Assembly: GCA_964650255.1 (NCBI GenBank)
Contig: CAZYQT010000001.1
Span: forward strand, 39,964-103,963
DNA from: an uncultured Candidatus Saccharibacteria bacterium
GTDB taxonomy: Bacteria; Patescibacteriota; Doudnabacteria; UBA920
DNA length: 64,000 nt
Direction of reading: 5' to 3'
Positions within the stretch are counted from its first letter, which is position 1; every line of letters starts with the position of its first letter. The notes below the pieces were generated by a model that saw nothing but the letters and a program-made list of their open reading frames with translations, made no database searches and had not been told where the DNA came from. Below are positions 37,639-47,983 of this stretch, in pieces. The position numbers and the translations under genes were made by a program.

Positions 37639-39417
37639 TTAAGCGTCTAAATATTGTTTTATTTTATCTTTATTGTGCTGATAGAAGAATGAAATTATTA
37701 ACAAAATTGCACCAAGGCTAATAAACGAAATAATTCTATACACCATGTCCAAACTTTGAACATCATACAAGAACACTTTCAAAATCACCAAAGCTAGTAG
37801 ACCTAAAGCCACTTTACGCACAGCTTTGAATTCATGCACAAAACTAACTAACATCAACACTACACCGTATGCTAGCCACCACAAACTAATGGACAAGTTG
37901 CGCTGGTTAGAATTAATATTGGCAGCAAAATACTGAATGATATCCCAGGTTACAAAAATACCAAGTAAGATAGAAATAATGTACTGCAAACCACTTAACA
38001 CATCATTTTCAAATTCAGAGTGCTCCATGCTTGAGTAAATTCCGTAAATAATCCCAAGCGCAAGTAATCCGAGAATTTCCAAACCGAATTTATAGTTGAA
38101 TAATAGAATGTGTTCGTTATATGGATACTGATACAAGAATGCCGTGACAATACCAATAATTACTACGCCGAGAGACAGGACTCGCAGTTCCAAACGTTTC
38201 TGCACCCGCCCAATTCCCATGCCAAGCAGGCCCACTAGATACAACACAACAATTTCAGCGCGCTGTCCAAATTGCCAGACTATGGCCAATGTAACCAAAA
38301 TACTTCCAACGGTTGAGTTTACATAATTAACCCATTCGTATTCTAGCCTATCCACAATTGCGTACATTCCGAATACCCATGCACTCAAAGCAACTAAAAT
38401 TAACGGTGCCAGGTCGCGGTAGTTGTTAAACACAATTACGCACAGAGGTGCTAAAAATACTACTGACATTGCACCTAGTACTGCAGCGTACTCTTGCAAA
38501 GCTTGATTATTACCACCCTCTGGTTTGAACTTATGAATCAAGGCTGTAACCACTGCGGAAAACAGAGCAAAGTTGGCTGCCAAGAAAATCGCGGTCTGAC
38601 TGGCAACGCCGCTATCATAACTCACCACTCTGAAGGTTAATAAATTAATTAAAGTTCCAAACAACGAAATTGCAAACAAATACATTTTATTGCTACGCCA
38701 GACAGTCATCATTACACCAATATTGAGCAAAGTTAAGTACACAAGATTGATCATATAATTGTCCGTGTATGACCCAAGCAGAATTGGCACTACGTAACCG
38801 CCACACCAAGCCAATGCTCCTAAAATAAACGATTCGGTCCAGTATGCAGTGGCCAGGCCAACAATTGTAACCATTATCATTAGCACCAAGGCGGTGTTAA
38901 CATCAATTAGATTGTACAAACTGTAGCTGGCCAAAATTGTTAAATGCCAAATCGCTAGCGCGCCGCCCCCGAGTACCAAAGCATAATTTTTGTATTTTTG
39001 GTTCCAAAGACAGTACAAAATGAGCAACAATAATCCAATGCCCGCTCCAATTAGCAAGCGTAGTTTAACACTAATCCAGCCTTGGTCTATTGCATACTTC
39101 AAGAAAAAACCAATACCCAACACCAATGCCACGATACCAATTTTTGGCAATGCGTTAATGAATGTTTTGCTATCCATTGGTTGAGACATCTGACTGGCTG
39201 GTGCGCCAGGCTTAGTTTTTACCTGCGCCAAAGTTGCCTTGGCAGCAGACATCGAAACTGGAGCCGCACTCGAAGACGATGGCGCAGCAGTCGTAGCCCC
39301 ACTGGGAGCTTTCTTAGAATTGGCTCTTGCCCAATTTTCTAAATGTGATACTCGGCCTGATAGCCTGGCTAAGTATATGGCCACACCTATCAAGAGTAAA
39401 AGAATTATTAATTCCAT
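37639..39417 (-). CDS. DUF2339-like polytopic membrane protein
   Basis: GIGFFLKYAIDQGWI and C-terminal LKVFLYD..YRIISF..LG. Confidence 0.8.
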   Translation of the reverse strand: MELIILLLLIGVAIYLARLSGRVSHLENWARANSKKAPSGATTAAPSSSSAAPVSMSAAKATLAQVKTKPGAPASQMSQPMDSKTFINALPKIGIVALVLGIGFFLKYAIDQGWISVKLRLLIGAGIGLLLLILYCLWNQKYKNYALVLGGGALAIWHLTILASYSLYNLIDVNTALVLMIMVTIVGLATAYWTESFILGALAWCGGYVVPILLGSYTDNYMINLVYLTLLNIGVMMTVWRSNKMYLFAISLFGTLINLLTFRVVSYDSGVASQTAIFLAANFALFSAVVTALIHKFKPEGGNNQALQEYAAVLGAMSVVFLAPLCVIVFNNYRDLAPLILVALSAWVFGMYAIVDRLEYEWVNYVNSTVGSILVTLAIVWQFGQRAEIVVLYLVGLLGMGIGRVQKRLELRVLSLGVVIIGIVTAFLYQYPYNEHILLFNYKFGLEILGLLALGIIYGIYSSMEHSEFENDVLSGLQYIISILLGIFVTWDIIQYFAANINSNQRNLSISLWWLAYGVVLMLVSFVHEFKAVRKVALGLLALVILKVFLYDVQSLDMVYRIISFISLGAILLIISFFYQHNKDKIKQYLDA

Positions 39418-39446
39418 TTTTGTTTAATTAATTGTTTATTTTAAAA

Positions 39447-40355
39447 TTATTCATGTTCACTTGTTATTTGCCCGCGCAAGGTGCGCAGTTCCTTTAAGGC
39501 TTCTTCAGCTTGATGCCCTTTCGGCGGTGCACCTGCAATGTCTGCACTATCTGGTGGTGCCCCGTGCCACTCGTAACGACCTTCCATAAAATCTACACCT
39601 TTGCCTGGAATAGTATGTGCAATTATTACTGTAGGCTTTTCAAAAACAGCAGCTGCTTCTGCATAAGCGTTAATTATCGCATCCATATTGTGGCCATCAA
39701 TTTCTAAAACATGCCAATTAAAAGCTTCGTATTTAGCTCGCAAACCTTCCAGTGGCATAACATTTTCTGTGAAGCCATCAATTTGAATATTGTTGCGATC
39801 AATAATTGCAGTAAGGTTATGAAGTTTTTCTTTACCCGCAAGCATGGCTGCTTCCCAAATTTGACCTTCTTGCTGTTCACCATCGGACATAACTAAGTAC
39901 ACACGGTTTTTTAAGTTGTCCATGCGGAAGGCCAAAGCTATTCCCACGGCCTGGGAAGCCCCCTGCGCCAACGGGCCAGAAGAGGTTTCCAAACCTGGCA
40001 AAGCCAAATTGTGTGGGTGGCCATGAAGGCGCGTACCGAATTTGCGCAAAGTCTTTAATTCATCCTTTGGAAAATACCCAGATTCAGCCAAAGCTGCATA
40101 CAACACAGGACACGTGTGGCCACATGACAGTACCAATCGATCTCGACCTGCCCAATCCGGATGCGCAGGATCGTGCTTCATCACTTTAAAATACAATGCT
40201 GTAAAAATATCTGCTAATCCTAAAGGACCGGCACTATGTCCAGAGCCGGCCGCAACTAGCATGGCAATAATATCCTGCCGAATATCGTTCGCTTTATATT
40301 GAAGTTCCTGCGAGTTCAATGTTGTGAAAATTTTGTTTGATGTTTTCTGTTTCAA
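39447..40355 (-). CDS. Transketolase, N-terminal subunit (start uncertain)
   Basis: SGHSAG, LSCGH, SDGEQQEG TPP-binding motif. Confidence 0.94.
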   Translation of the reverse strand: MKQKTSNKIFTTLNSQELQYKANDIRQDIIAMLVAAGSGHSAGPLGLADIFTALYFKVMKHDPAHPDWAGRDRLVLSCGHTCPVLYAALAESGYFPKDELKTLRKFGTRLHGHPHNLALPGLETSSGPLAQGASQAVGIALAFRMDNLKNRVYLVMSDGEQQEGQIWEAAMLAGKEKLHNLTAIIDRNNIQIDGFTENVMPLEGLRAKYEAFNWHVLEIDGHNMDAIINAYAEAAAVFEKPTVIIAHTIPGKGVDFMEGRYEWHGAPPDSADIAGAPPKGHQAEEALKELRTLRGQITSEHE

Positions 40356-40953
40356 ATAACGCTGAACCTACCACGAGATAGTCCGCGCCAGCTTCCAGGA
40401 GGGCTGCGGCATTACTTGCCTTAACCCCACCATCTACTTCAATTATAGCATTTGGAGCCATGTTTCTCAATGTTTTTACCCGCTCAATGCTCTCGGGAAT
40501 AAAAGGACTTCCCTGCCTGCCCGGCTCAACAGAAAGAATTGTAAATTGCTTAATGTTGTCTGTGTGATACCTCAAAACAGACACTGGCGTTTCTGGATTG
40601 ATGGCAATTGCTGGCAGCATGCCAAGCTTTGTTATTGCCTCCACCGCATTTTCCAGTTGAACTTCATTATCAAAAGCTTCGTAGTGCACGATTATTGTAG
40701 AAAACCCAGCGGTTTTGTAGTGGTCGAAGTTTTGTGGCTTGATAACCATTAGGTGCGCTTCCCATGTGTATTTTTTTGATAGTTCGCCTATTTCAGCAAA
40801 ATCATGAATCGCTAAGGTTTCGTTAGGCACAAATAAGCCATCGCAAAAATCCACTTGAATTGATTTAACCTTGCCCTTGGGCAAGGTTTGTATTTTAACT
40901 AGTTTTTCCGCAAATCCTTGCGGGGTTTTCTCTAAAAGCGCTGGAATTATCAT
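40294..40953 (-). CDS. rpe: Ribulose-phosphate 3-epimerase
   Basis: DGLFVPN, EAHLM, SVEPG, VDGGV, VVGSALF. Confidence 0.92.
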   Translation of the reverse strand: MIIPALLEKTPQGFAEKLVKIQTLPKGKVKSIQVDFCDGLFVPNETLAIHDFAEIGELSKKYTWEAHLMVIKPQNFDHYKTAGFSTIIVHYEAFDNEVQLENAVEAITKLGMLPAIAINPETPVSVLRYHTDNIKQFTILSVEPGRQGSPFIPESIERVKTLRNMAPNAIIEVDGGVKASNAAALLEAGADYLVVGSALFETENIKQNFHNIELAGTSI

Positions 40954-41062
40954 GTTTTTGTAGGTTTTCTGGACTCTATTGACAAATAGAGAATATTATG
41001 ATATAATGAATCAAACAAACTTTGGATTAGAATTTCAAACACTTAATTTAGGGGGACTATAA

Positions 41063-41524
41063 ATGAACTTTAGAGAAGAAAGAACTTTTCCTATCACAGT
41101 AGACTACAACAGAAGTCTTGAGGAAATGATCGCGGCTGGTAATTACCATGGTCATATATCGGATATGATCAAAGGATGCCCCATCTCCGGAGAAGGCGTC
41201 CATCATCTAGATCTCGTTCTCGTCGCAATTGAGGGCGAAATGTACATCGATAGCGTACGAATCGCACTTTCACAGCGCGGACTGCGCGCTGCAACGATCG
41301 AAGAATTGTTAGCTCTCGGCGAGCAGCATCCCGAACTCCAACGAAACTTTCCCATCATGGCCCTAGGATCAGTTTGGGATTGTCCGCACACAGGTGCTTC
41401 TACGGTCCCAAGCCTTTACCAACACGGCCGGGAAGGTGCTAAGGAACGTACATTGTATGACGTATCTGATACCGGTGGTTTTTGGGGAATGGGACGTTAC
41501 GCGGCTATCCGAGAGACTATCTAG
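41063..41524 (+). CDS. Stand-alone CLec-like protein resembling DGR target domains
   Basis: VDYNRSLEEMIAAG, LRAATIEELLA, FPIMALGSVW, RYAAIR; own promoter (40979-41007) and terminator. Confidence 0.6.
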   Translation: MNFREERTFPITVDYNRSLEEMIAAGNYHGHISDMIKGCPISGEGVHHLDLVLVAIEGEMYIDSVRIALSQRGLRAATIEELLALGEQHPELQRNFPIMALGSVWDCPHTGASTVPSLYQHGREGAKERTLYDVSDTGGFWGMGRYAAIRETI

Positions 41525-41546
41525 CTAGCCTTCTCACAACTTGAAC

Positions 41547-41576
41547 AATGGCTCATGCATTCGTGTATGAGCCATT
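41547..41576 (+). terminator. Intrinsic terminator
   Basis: AATGGCTCATGCA-TTCG-TGTATGAGCCATT. Confidence 0.7.
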
Positions 41577-41589
41577 TAATTATATCAAT

Positions 41590-42033
41590 TTATTTTTCTA
41601 AAGAACTAATCTTCTTCACTCTTCTTACATGCCTTGCCTCGCTAGAATACGGGGTCTTCAACCACACACCCACAATTGCCTGTGCTTCCTTTTCAGAAAT
41701 ATAATCACTTGGGAGGCAGAGCACGTTAGACATATCATCCTTGCGGGACATCTCGGCCTCTTTGGTATTCCAAACTAAAGCAGCGCGAACATGATTAAAC
41801 TTGTTCGCGACAATACAGACGCCCTGACCACTGCGGCAAATCAAGAGCCCTAAATTTTGCATAGGGTTTTGTGATACCTTCTTACCTACGATTTTTGCGT
41901 AATCAGGATAATCATCCCCTGCCTTCAATTTCTTTGCTCCTACATCTACAAATTCCTGTTTCTGCTTTGTCAGAAATTTTTTCAGCTGTTCTTTTAATTT
42001 GTAACCGCCGTGGTCAGCGCCTATGTATATCAT
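41590..42033 (-). CDS. rpiB: Ribose-5-phosphate isomerase B
   Basis: GADHGG, DYPD, CRSGQG, ANK, RHVRR. Confidence 0.93.
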   Translation of the reverse strand: MIYIGADHGGYKLKEQLKKFLTKQKQEFVDVGAKKLKAGDDYPDYAKIVGKKVSQNPMQNLGLLICRSGQGVCIVANKFNHVRAALVWNTKEAEMSRKDDMSNVLCLPSDYISEKEAQAIVGVWLKTPYSSEARHVRRVKKISSLEK

Positions 42034-42045
42034 AAAATTTGAAAA

Positions 42046-42729
42046 TTAAAGTGAGATGATTTTATTAAAGTCATCTGGCAAAAGTGATGCGCCGCCAATC
42101 AATAAGCCAGATACATGTGGCTGTTCAAGAAAACTTTGTGCATTAGTACCGTTCACACTACCACCATACAAAACTTTTGGCACCGCATGTTTTGTATTAA
42201 TGTACAACGCAATTTGCTCTGCATGATCAGGGGTAGCAGCGTTCTTAGTACCAATGGCCCACACAGGCTCGTATGCCACCACGACTTTGCGCGGGTCAAC
42301 ATCTTCTAAACTAGCAGCAACCTGATGCCCAACCACGTCTGCTACTTCCAAAGTATCTTCTTTCACAGTGGTGCCATAACCAACACAAATAATCGGTGTA
42401 ACTTTGTAATCGAGCAAAGCCTGCACCTTAGCGTTTACCAACTCATCGGTTTCGCCCATAGCCCGCCGTTCGCTGTGGCCAACAATACAATATTTCACAC
42501 CCATACTAGCCAATTGCGCCGGCGAAACCTCCCCAGTGTATGCACCTTTTATGTAATGCGAACAGTTTTGCGCGCCAACGTGTGGATATTCAATTGATTC
42601 CAAAAACAAAATCGGTGGACATATTACCACATCATTTGTAGTCGATACATCAATTTTCGATGCCAAAGCCACTGCCTCGTGCACAGTCATTGGATTCAAT
42701 TTCCAGTTACCCACTATTAGTTTACGCAT
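42046..42729 (-). CDS. tpiA: Triosephosphate isomerase
   Basis: GNWK, GHSERR, AYEPVWAIG, YGGSV. Confidence 0.96.
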   Translation of the reverse strand: MRKLIVGNWKLNPMTVHEAVALASKIDVSTTNDVVICPPILFLESIEYPHVGAQNCSHYIKGAYTGEVSPAQLASMGVKYCIVGHSERRAMGETDELVNAKVQALLDYKVTPIICVGYGTTVKEDTLEVADVVGHQVAASLEDVDPRKVVVAYEPVWAIGTKNAATPDHAEQIALYINTKHAVPKVLYGGSVNGTNAQSFLEQPHVSGLLIGGASLLPDDFNKIISL

Positions 42730-42741
42730 ATATTTTTTAAA

Positions 42742-43743
42742 TTAACCCTCTCTTAAAAACTTCGCGGTTTCTTCTGGGGGCATTGGATTTACAGGAATAC
42801 CAGTACCGAATTCAAACCCAGCCCACATTGTTAATCGCGGGAAAATTGTTAAGTGCCAATGATAACTCCCCTCTTCATGCATAGTAACACGATCACGTTT
42901 GACCGGCATGGTGTGAATGTAAAAATTAAGTGATGGATCGGAGAGTTTTGTGTAAAGTGCGCCAACTGCTCGCTTGAGAGCATGGGCTAAGTGAGTAATT
43001 TCCTTGGCCGAAATATCTTCGTAGCGCGCTGAATGGCGCTTTGGTAAAATCCAAGTTTCGAATGGACTGCGTGATGCGTATGCAGAAATAACCATAAAGT
43101 GATCGTCTTCATACACCATCCGGTCTTTAAGACGCGATTCAAACTTCATAATGTCGCAGTACACACAAATCTTGTTGTTCTGATAGTAATGATACGCCCC
43201 GGTCATTTCCGCATGAATATGCGGTGGCACCATAGGCGTAGACATTAATTGATAGTGCGGATGCACTAAAGAAGCACCGGAGTCACGGCCATGGTTATGG
43301 AAAATCTGCACGTATGCGGTCTTTTCATTTTTCGAAAGCTCTATAATTCGATCTTTGAAATTATTGAGCGTCAAAGCAATAAGCTGGGCGGACTGCAAAG
43401 CCACGGGCTCGTTATGCTTGCGAGTAATAATAACTTCGTGATCACCATAACCAGCGCGCGAATTATAAAACTCATGATGATTGTAATCCTGGCCGAACTC
43501 GAGCGCTCGATACTTATTTGGGATCACCCGCAGTTGCCAATCTTTAGTGTTGGGAATGCGGCAAACATCATCACACAAATCAGGATTTTTATTTTCATTA
43601 CCAGGGCAAAATACACAATCAGGATCGAATTCTGGTACCCCAGCCATCACACTATAAGTTTTAAAATCTTGCGGTCTTTTACCGCGACCAGGCGCTATTA
43701 GTACCCACTGCTTGGTGATCGGGTTTTGTCTAAATTGGGACAT
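42742..43743 (-). CDS. galT: Galactose-1-phosphate uridylyltransferase family
   Basis: CVFCPGNE, GASLVHPH, CVYCD. Confidence 0.88.
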   Translation of the reverse strand: MSQFRQNPITKQWVLIAPGRGKRPQDFKTYSVMAGVPEFDPDCVFCPGNENKNPDLCDDVCRIPNTKDWQLRVIPNKYRALEFGQDYNHHEFYNSRAGYGDHEVIITRKHNEPVALQSAQLIALTLNNFKDRIIELSKNEKTAYVQIFHNHGRDSGASLVHPHYQLMSTPMVPPHIHAEMTGAYHYYQNNKICVYCDIMKFESRLKDRMVYEDDHFMVISAYASRSPFETWILPKRHSARYEDISAKEITHLAHALKRAVGALYTKLSDPSLNFYIHTMPVKRDRVTMHEEGSYHWHLTIFPRLTMWAGFEFGTGIPVNPMPPEETAKFLREG

Positions 43744-43747
43744 TCAT

Positions 43748-44128
43748 TTAAGCTTTCTGTTTATCTAAATAATTTTGAAGAATGATTTGTGCTGCCAAAC
43801 TATCAACATTTTTCTTGCCCCCTGGGAGCTTGCCAGCCATCACACTGGACAATCGTTCGTCCATGTACTCAATTGGGATAGAAAGTTTTGCCTCCAACTG
43901 ATCGCAAAATTCCTGCACGCGGCGGGTTGAATCCGTTAGTTCACCAGACATATTTAATGGCAACCCAATAATTATCCGCCCTATTTCTTCTTCAGCAACA
44001 AGGACATCAATTTTTTTCCAAAAATCTTGAGGTGACCATATATCAAGCTCGCGTGCCAGGGTGTGTGTTTCGTCAGAAATAGCTAACCCGACACGCTTGC
44101 TACCATAATCAATTCCTAATATTTTCAT
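43748..44128 (-). CDS. ruvX: YqgF/RuvX family nuclease
   Basis: GIDYGSKRVGLA, GLP, DERLSS, DSLAA. Confidence 0.93.
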   Translation of the reverse strand: MKILGIDYGSKRVGLAISDETHTLARELDIWSPQDFWKKIDVLVAEEEIGRIIIGLPLNMSGELTDSTRRVQEFCDQLEAKLSIPIEYMDERLSSVMAGKLPGGKKNVDSLAAQIILQNYLDKQKA

Positions 44129-45735
44129 TCAGCGGTGTAATTTGAGCTGCCAACAGGAGCAATTGGATTCATTTGTGGTGTGCGCAAACAAACATTTTGC
44201 TCTTTAATGATAGAAATTCCATTGCCGCCGGAAGACCCAGCTCCAATTGGAGTAAACACAAACTTATTAACCATATTTTCAACAATTCCAGCAACAATTT
44301 GACTAGCTACATTCTCTGCGTTATTAGTCCCAAGCTGAATGGTTCCAGAGATCGCAGCTTGTTGTGTATTAAATATCGCGGACATAGTTTTGTTAATCTG
44401 CCCAGTAACTAAGTCGCGGCCACTCTTCAAACCAGGGCTAAGAACTTCTTTGGTAGCTGCGCTTTCTGCGGCAGAACGAGTCTGGTTAGCCAAGGTAGTG
44501 TAATAATCTTCCCACCATTCTGGATAATTCTTTTCATCACCGCCAAGTCTGGCCAGTTTGGTCAGGAACTGAGGATCATTCGGGTCCAAAACTATATCCG
44601 TCCCTTGATTAGCCCGCGCTTTAGCCGTAAAAATTTGTTTCAGCTCTTCCGGATTTGTATTCACACAAAAATATTGTGGTAAAAATTTCTGGATGATATC
44701 TTGTTCAGTTGGATCAGCTACAAACTTCTTCATGTACTCAACTGAATAGTATCGGCCCAAGTCCTGTGAGTAGTAAAGTTGGCTGGCAATGGCAAAACTT
44801 TTTTCAATATGAGCCACTAACTTGTCTAACATTGTGGTGGCAAACTTAGCAAATGATCTTGCTAAACCAGTGCGAATACCAACTTCTGCCGCAGCCTTAA
44901 TATCGATTACTAATTGGGTCCCAAGTGGTCCGAATTGAGCGTTGGCGGTTTTGATGAAAGCAAGACCTCCATTGCTTGTATTTTCTGAGCCACTGCTGGC
45001 TACTTCAAAATCCTTCGGGGTTAAAGCAAACTTGCTAGACAGTTGATTAAATTCAGTCTGAGCCGCGCCTAACTTGTTATCAATAATTGAGTACTGGCCA
45101 TATACCTGCGGCCAAGGCTCAGTAGCTGTTCCTTGCGAATAATTTGCAGCAGTGCTTAAGAATGAACCAAAAGTATCGAAGGCGGCAATATAAGCCTTGT
45201 GCATTCCAATGGCATCTTTAGGTACAGCAACTCCTCTAATGTTATTTGCCAGTGCTTTAGTCTTTTGTTGGGCTGTCAAAATTTGAACCGCATCAGCATT
45301 GTCCCCAAAAGTCTGATTAACCGCCACCTGAGTTTCATCGTTATAATTTGTAATCATAGAACCAAGTCGATTCAGATAATCAACCACAGCGGCTTTATCA
45401 GAGCGAGACTGAATTGCGATTTCCGAATCTGAGACCGTCGGCAAACTAACTTTCTGGTCAACATTTAAAGCTGTCTCCACTTCTTTTCGGACAATATCTT
45501 CAGTGGCGATCTTTTCGAGTAGCTGCTGGCTGGCTACATAGTCTGGCTGAATTGCATCGAGCAAAGCCTGATACTGTCTGGCTTCCTCTTCGGCAATTTT
45601 CCTCTGAGCATCGTAATCTGTGTTATCACGAAACACAAAGCTCCCTGGGTTAACATAAACCAAGGTGACTAAGATTACTAGCATTACTCCGATCAAGCCA
45701 AGTAAGTATTTACGAGGTATATTTGTCATGTCCAT
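44125..45735 (-). CDS. Membrane-anchored hypothetical protein
   Basis: 536 aa, N-terminal TM. Confidence 0.75.
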   Translation of the reverse strand: MDMTNIPRKYLLGLIGVMLVILVTLVYVNPGSFVFRDNTDYDAQRKIAEEEARQYQALLDAIQPDYVASQQLLEKIATEDIVRKEVETALNVDQKVSLPTVSDSEIAIQSRSDKAAVVDYLNRLGSMITNYNDETQVAVNQTFGDNADAVQILTAQQKTKALANNIRGVAVPKDAIGMHKAYIAAFDTFGSFLSTAANYSQGTATEPWPQVYGQYSIIDNKLGAAQTEFNQLSSKFALTPKDFEVASSGSENTSNGGLAFIKTANAQFGPLGTQLVIDIKAAAEVGIRTGLARSFAKFATTMLDKLVAHIEKSFAIASQLYYSQDLGRYYSVEYMKKFVADPTEQDIIQKFLPQYFCVNTNPEELKQIFTAKARANQGTDIVLDPNDPQFLTKLARLGGDEKNYPEWWEDYYTTLANQTRSAAESAATKEVLSPGLKSGRDLVTGQINKTMSAIFNTQQAAISGTIQLGTNNAENVASQIVAGIVENMVNKFVFTPIGAGSSGGNGISIIKEQNVCLRTPQMNPIAPVGSSNYTAE

Positions 45736-45788
45736 TTATTTTTTGTTTAATTTGTTTTTATTTATTATTTATTTCAGTAATGTTTGGC

Positions 45789-47375
45789 TCACTCAACCAG
45801 TTCCCCGCCAAACACTTTCAGAGCATCACTTAAGGCGTCAACGGTTTGAGCAAAAGCAGGTTCTGACTTACTAGTATTAATAACTGCTTTAAATATGAGG
45901 TTTTTACCACTAACAGCAATAATCGCATCGGAAATTAACGAGGCGTGCTTCTTATTATCTAAATGCTCCTTATGAAATAAATATTTCACTCCAACAGTCA
46001 CTCGCCCATTTCCCACTTCGAGGACAGGAGAATTTCTAAGCAATGTTGCCACAGGGCTATTTTCAATTTTGACCTTATTAATTACTTCTGGCCACCACTG
46101 GCTCAATTCTTCCAAGCTAAGATCAGTGTCTAACTCCGTTTCTAATTTCGCTTCTTCTATTGACTCGATTGGTGCTGAGACTGACTCTGATACTTTTGAC
46201 TTTGGCGCTTCTTGAGCAGTTGTAACCACTGGTGATTCTACCGAAGGTTTATTAGGCGCAACTGCAGTGGCTGCAGAATTAGCTGGGGTTGCAGCACCAC
46301 TCTGGCCGTGCATGCTTGCTTCAATTGAAGCAAGCAGTAAAGGCAGCTCGGGTGATGGCGCAAAGGCCAACTCTTTATATGACCGCAAAAATAACCTAAT
46401 GATAAACATTAAATGCGGCAAGCTTAAGTTTTCTACCTGCTGAGCAAAAACTTCATTACTAGCCATGTCGCTGCCACCGGTCAATTTGGCGTTCAAAATC
46501 TTTCGCAAATACACTAAAATACTGCGATTCAGTACTGCTGGATCTACTCCGCCACTCAAAATGGTGTCATAAAAATCTGGCAAAGATGCAGCATCACGAT
46601 TAATAACTAACCCGAGCAGTGTTTGAATTGTAGCCAGAGAAGTTACACCTAAAAGATTTTCTATGTCATCCAAAGAAGTCTTCTCGCCTTTTGATGATAC
46701 CATCGATGCAACCATATTCAAACGAGTAAGAGCGTCGCGCATACTACCTTCGGCTTGCTGGACAATTGCGTCTACAGTGCCATCTGGCAACTTTAACTTT
46801 TGATCCTTAATAATTGCTTCGAGCGCCATGGACATTTGTGCAGGATTAATACGCTTAAAATCAAAACGCTGAGTGCGTGAGGCAATTGTCGCTGGAACTT
46901 TTTCAATATCAGTGGTAGCCAAAATAAATATGGCGTGCTCAGGTGGTTCTTCCAAAGTTTTCAGCAGTGCATTGAAAGCTGCCTTGGATAGCATGTGGAC
47001 CTCGTCAATAATGAACACTTTTTTAGACATCTGTGCTGGGCGGAACTGCGCGTGCTCAATAAACTCGCGCACATTGTCTACGCCAGTATGGGAGGCAGCA
47101 TCAATTTCAATAATATCCAAAGAATGACCACCGGCAATGCTGGTGCAAATATCGCACTTGCCGCAAGGTGCGCCAGCTTTCAAATTCGGGCAGTTTGCTG
47201 CCTTTGCTAAAAGCCTGGCCAAAGTGGTTTTTCCCACTCCCCGGCTGCCTGTGAACAAATAAGCATGGGCCAATTCCCCAGCTTCTGCTGCGTTTTTCAG
47301 GGTTTGCACAATTGGCTCTTGCCCAACCACGTCCGCAAAGGTTTGCGGCCTATATTTTTGATAAAACACAGCCAT
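45789..47375 (-). CDS. dnaX: DNA polymerase III subunit gamma/tau
   Basis: KYRP, GSRGVGKTT, EIDAAS, IDEVHML. Confidence 0.96.
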   Translation of the reverse strand: MAVFYQKYRPQTFADVVGQEPIVQTLKNAAEAGELAHAYLFTGSRGVGKTTLARLLAKAANCPNLKAGAPCGKCDICTSIAGGHSLDIIEIDAASHTGVDNVREFIEHAQFRPAQMSKKVFIIDEVHMLSKAAFNALLKTLEEPPEHAIFILATTDIEKVPATIASRTQRFDFKRINPAQMSMALEAIIKDQKLKLPDGTVDAIVQQAEGSMRDALTRLNMVASMVSSKGEKTSLDDIENLLGVTSLATIQTLLGLVINRDAASLPDFYDTILSGGVDPAVLNRSILVYLRKILNAKLTGGSDMASNEVFAQQVENLSLPHLMFIIRLFLRSYKELAFAPSPELPLLLASIEASMHGQSGAATPANSAATAVAPNKPSVESPVVTTAQEAPKSKVSESVSAPIESIEEAKLETELDTDLSLEELSQWWPEVINKVKIENSPVATLLRNSPVLEVGNGRVTVGVKYLFHKEHLDNKKHASLISDAIIAVSGKNLIFKAVINTSKSEPAFAQTVDALSDALKVFGGELVE

Positions 47376-47503
47376 AATACATTAATTATACCACACCTAC
47401 AGCTCGTTTCGAAGCGAACATTTTCATCTTACTTTTGAGAAAAACTTTATATGGAATTGAGGATATAATCGGTATCATATACATAGTTAAGACTAAGCTA
47501 AAA

Positions 47504-47890
47504 ATGAAAGATTTCCTAAAATGGCATAATCTGAAAAAAAGGATCGACGATCGCCCAAGAAGGCCATATTTTCATGAAAGAGAAATCTGGTGGTGTTCAA
47601 TGGGTTTGAATGTGGGCTTTGAACAGGACGGGAAAGGGCAAAGTTACTCTCGGCCAATTTTAGTTATTAAAAAATATAATAAGGAGGTATTTCTGGGTTT
47701 ACCGCTTACAACTCAAGAAAAAGTTGGAAAGTACTACATAAATGTCCGTATAGGAGATTTGATACAGAGAAAGATTATAATATCCCAAATAAGGCTATTC
47801 GACTCCAAAAGATTGAGAAAAAAAATCGCGACAATTGATGAAGCGCAATTTTTTAGTATAAAAAAAGCGGTCATCCGCTTATTGGGATAA
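47504..47890 (+). CDS. PemK/MazF-like endoribonuclease toxin
   Basis: EIWWCSMGLNVGFEQDGK..RPILV, PLTT, SQIRLFDSKRL; probable start ATG 47504. Confidence 0.82.
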   Translation: MKDFLKWHNLKKRIDDRPRRPYFHEREIWWCSMGLNVGFEQDGKGQSYSRPILVIKKYNKEVFLGLPLTTQEKVGKYYINVRIGDLIQRKIIISQIRLFDSKRLRKKIATIDEAQFFSIKKAVIRLLG

Positions 47891-47951
47891 CCAACTTATT
47901 TTCTGCCCACCTTTTTCAAAGTGGGTCGAGGCCGAAGCCGTTTGTAACCAA

Positions 47952-47980
47952 ATCTTATAGCTCCCACACTACTTTGTCAA
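47952..47980 (-). promoter_or_regulatory. Sigma70-type promoter pointing antisense into the toxin gene
   Basis: TTGACA-17 bp-TAAGAT on -. Confidence 0.55.
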
Positions 47981-47983
47981 GTG

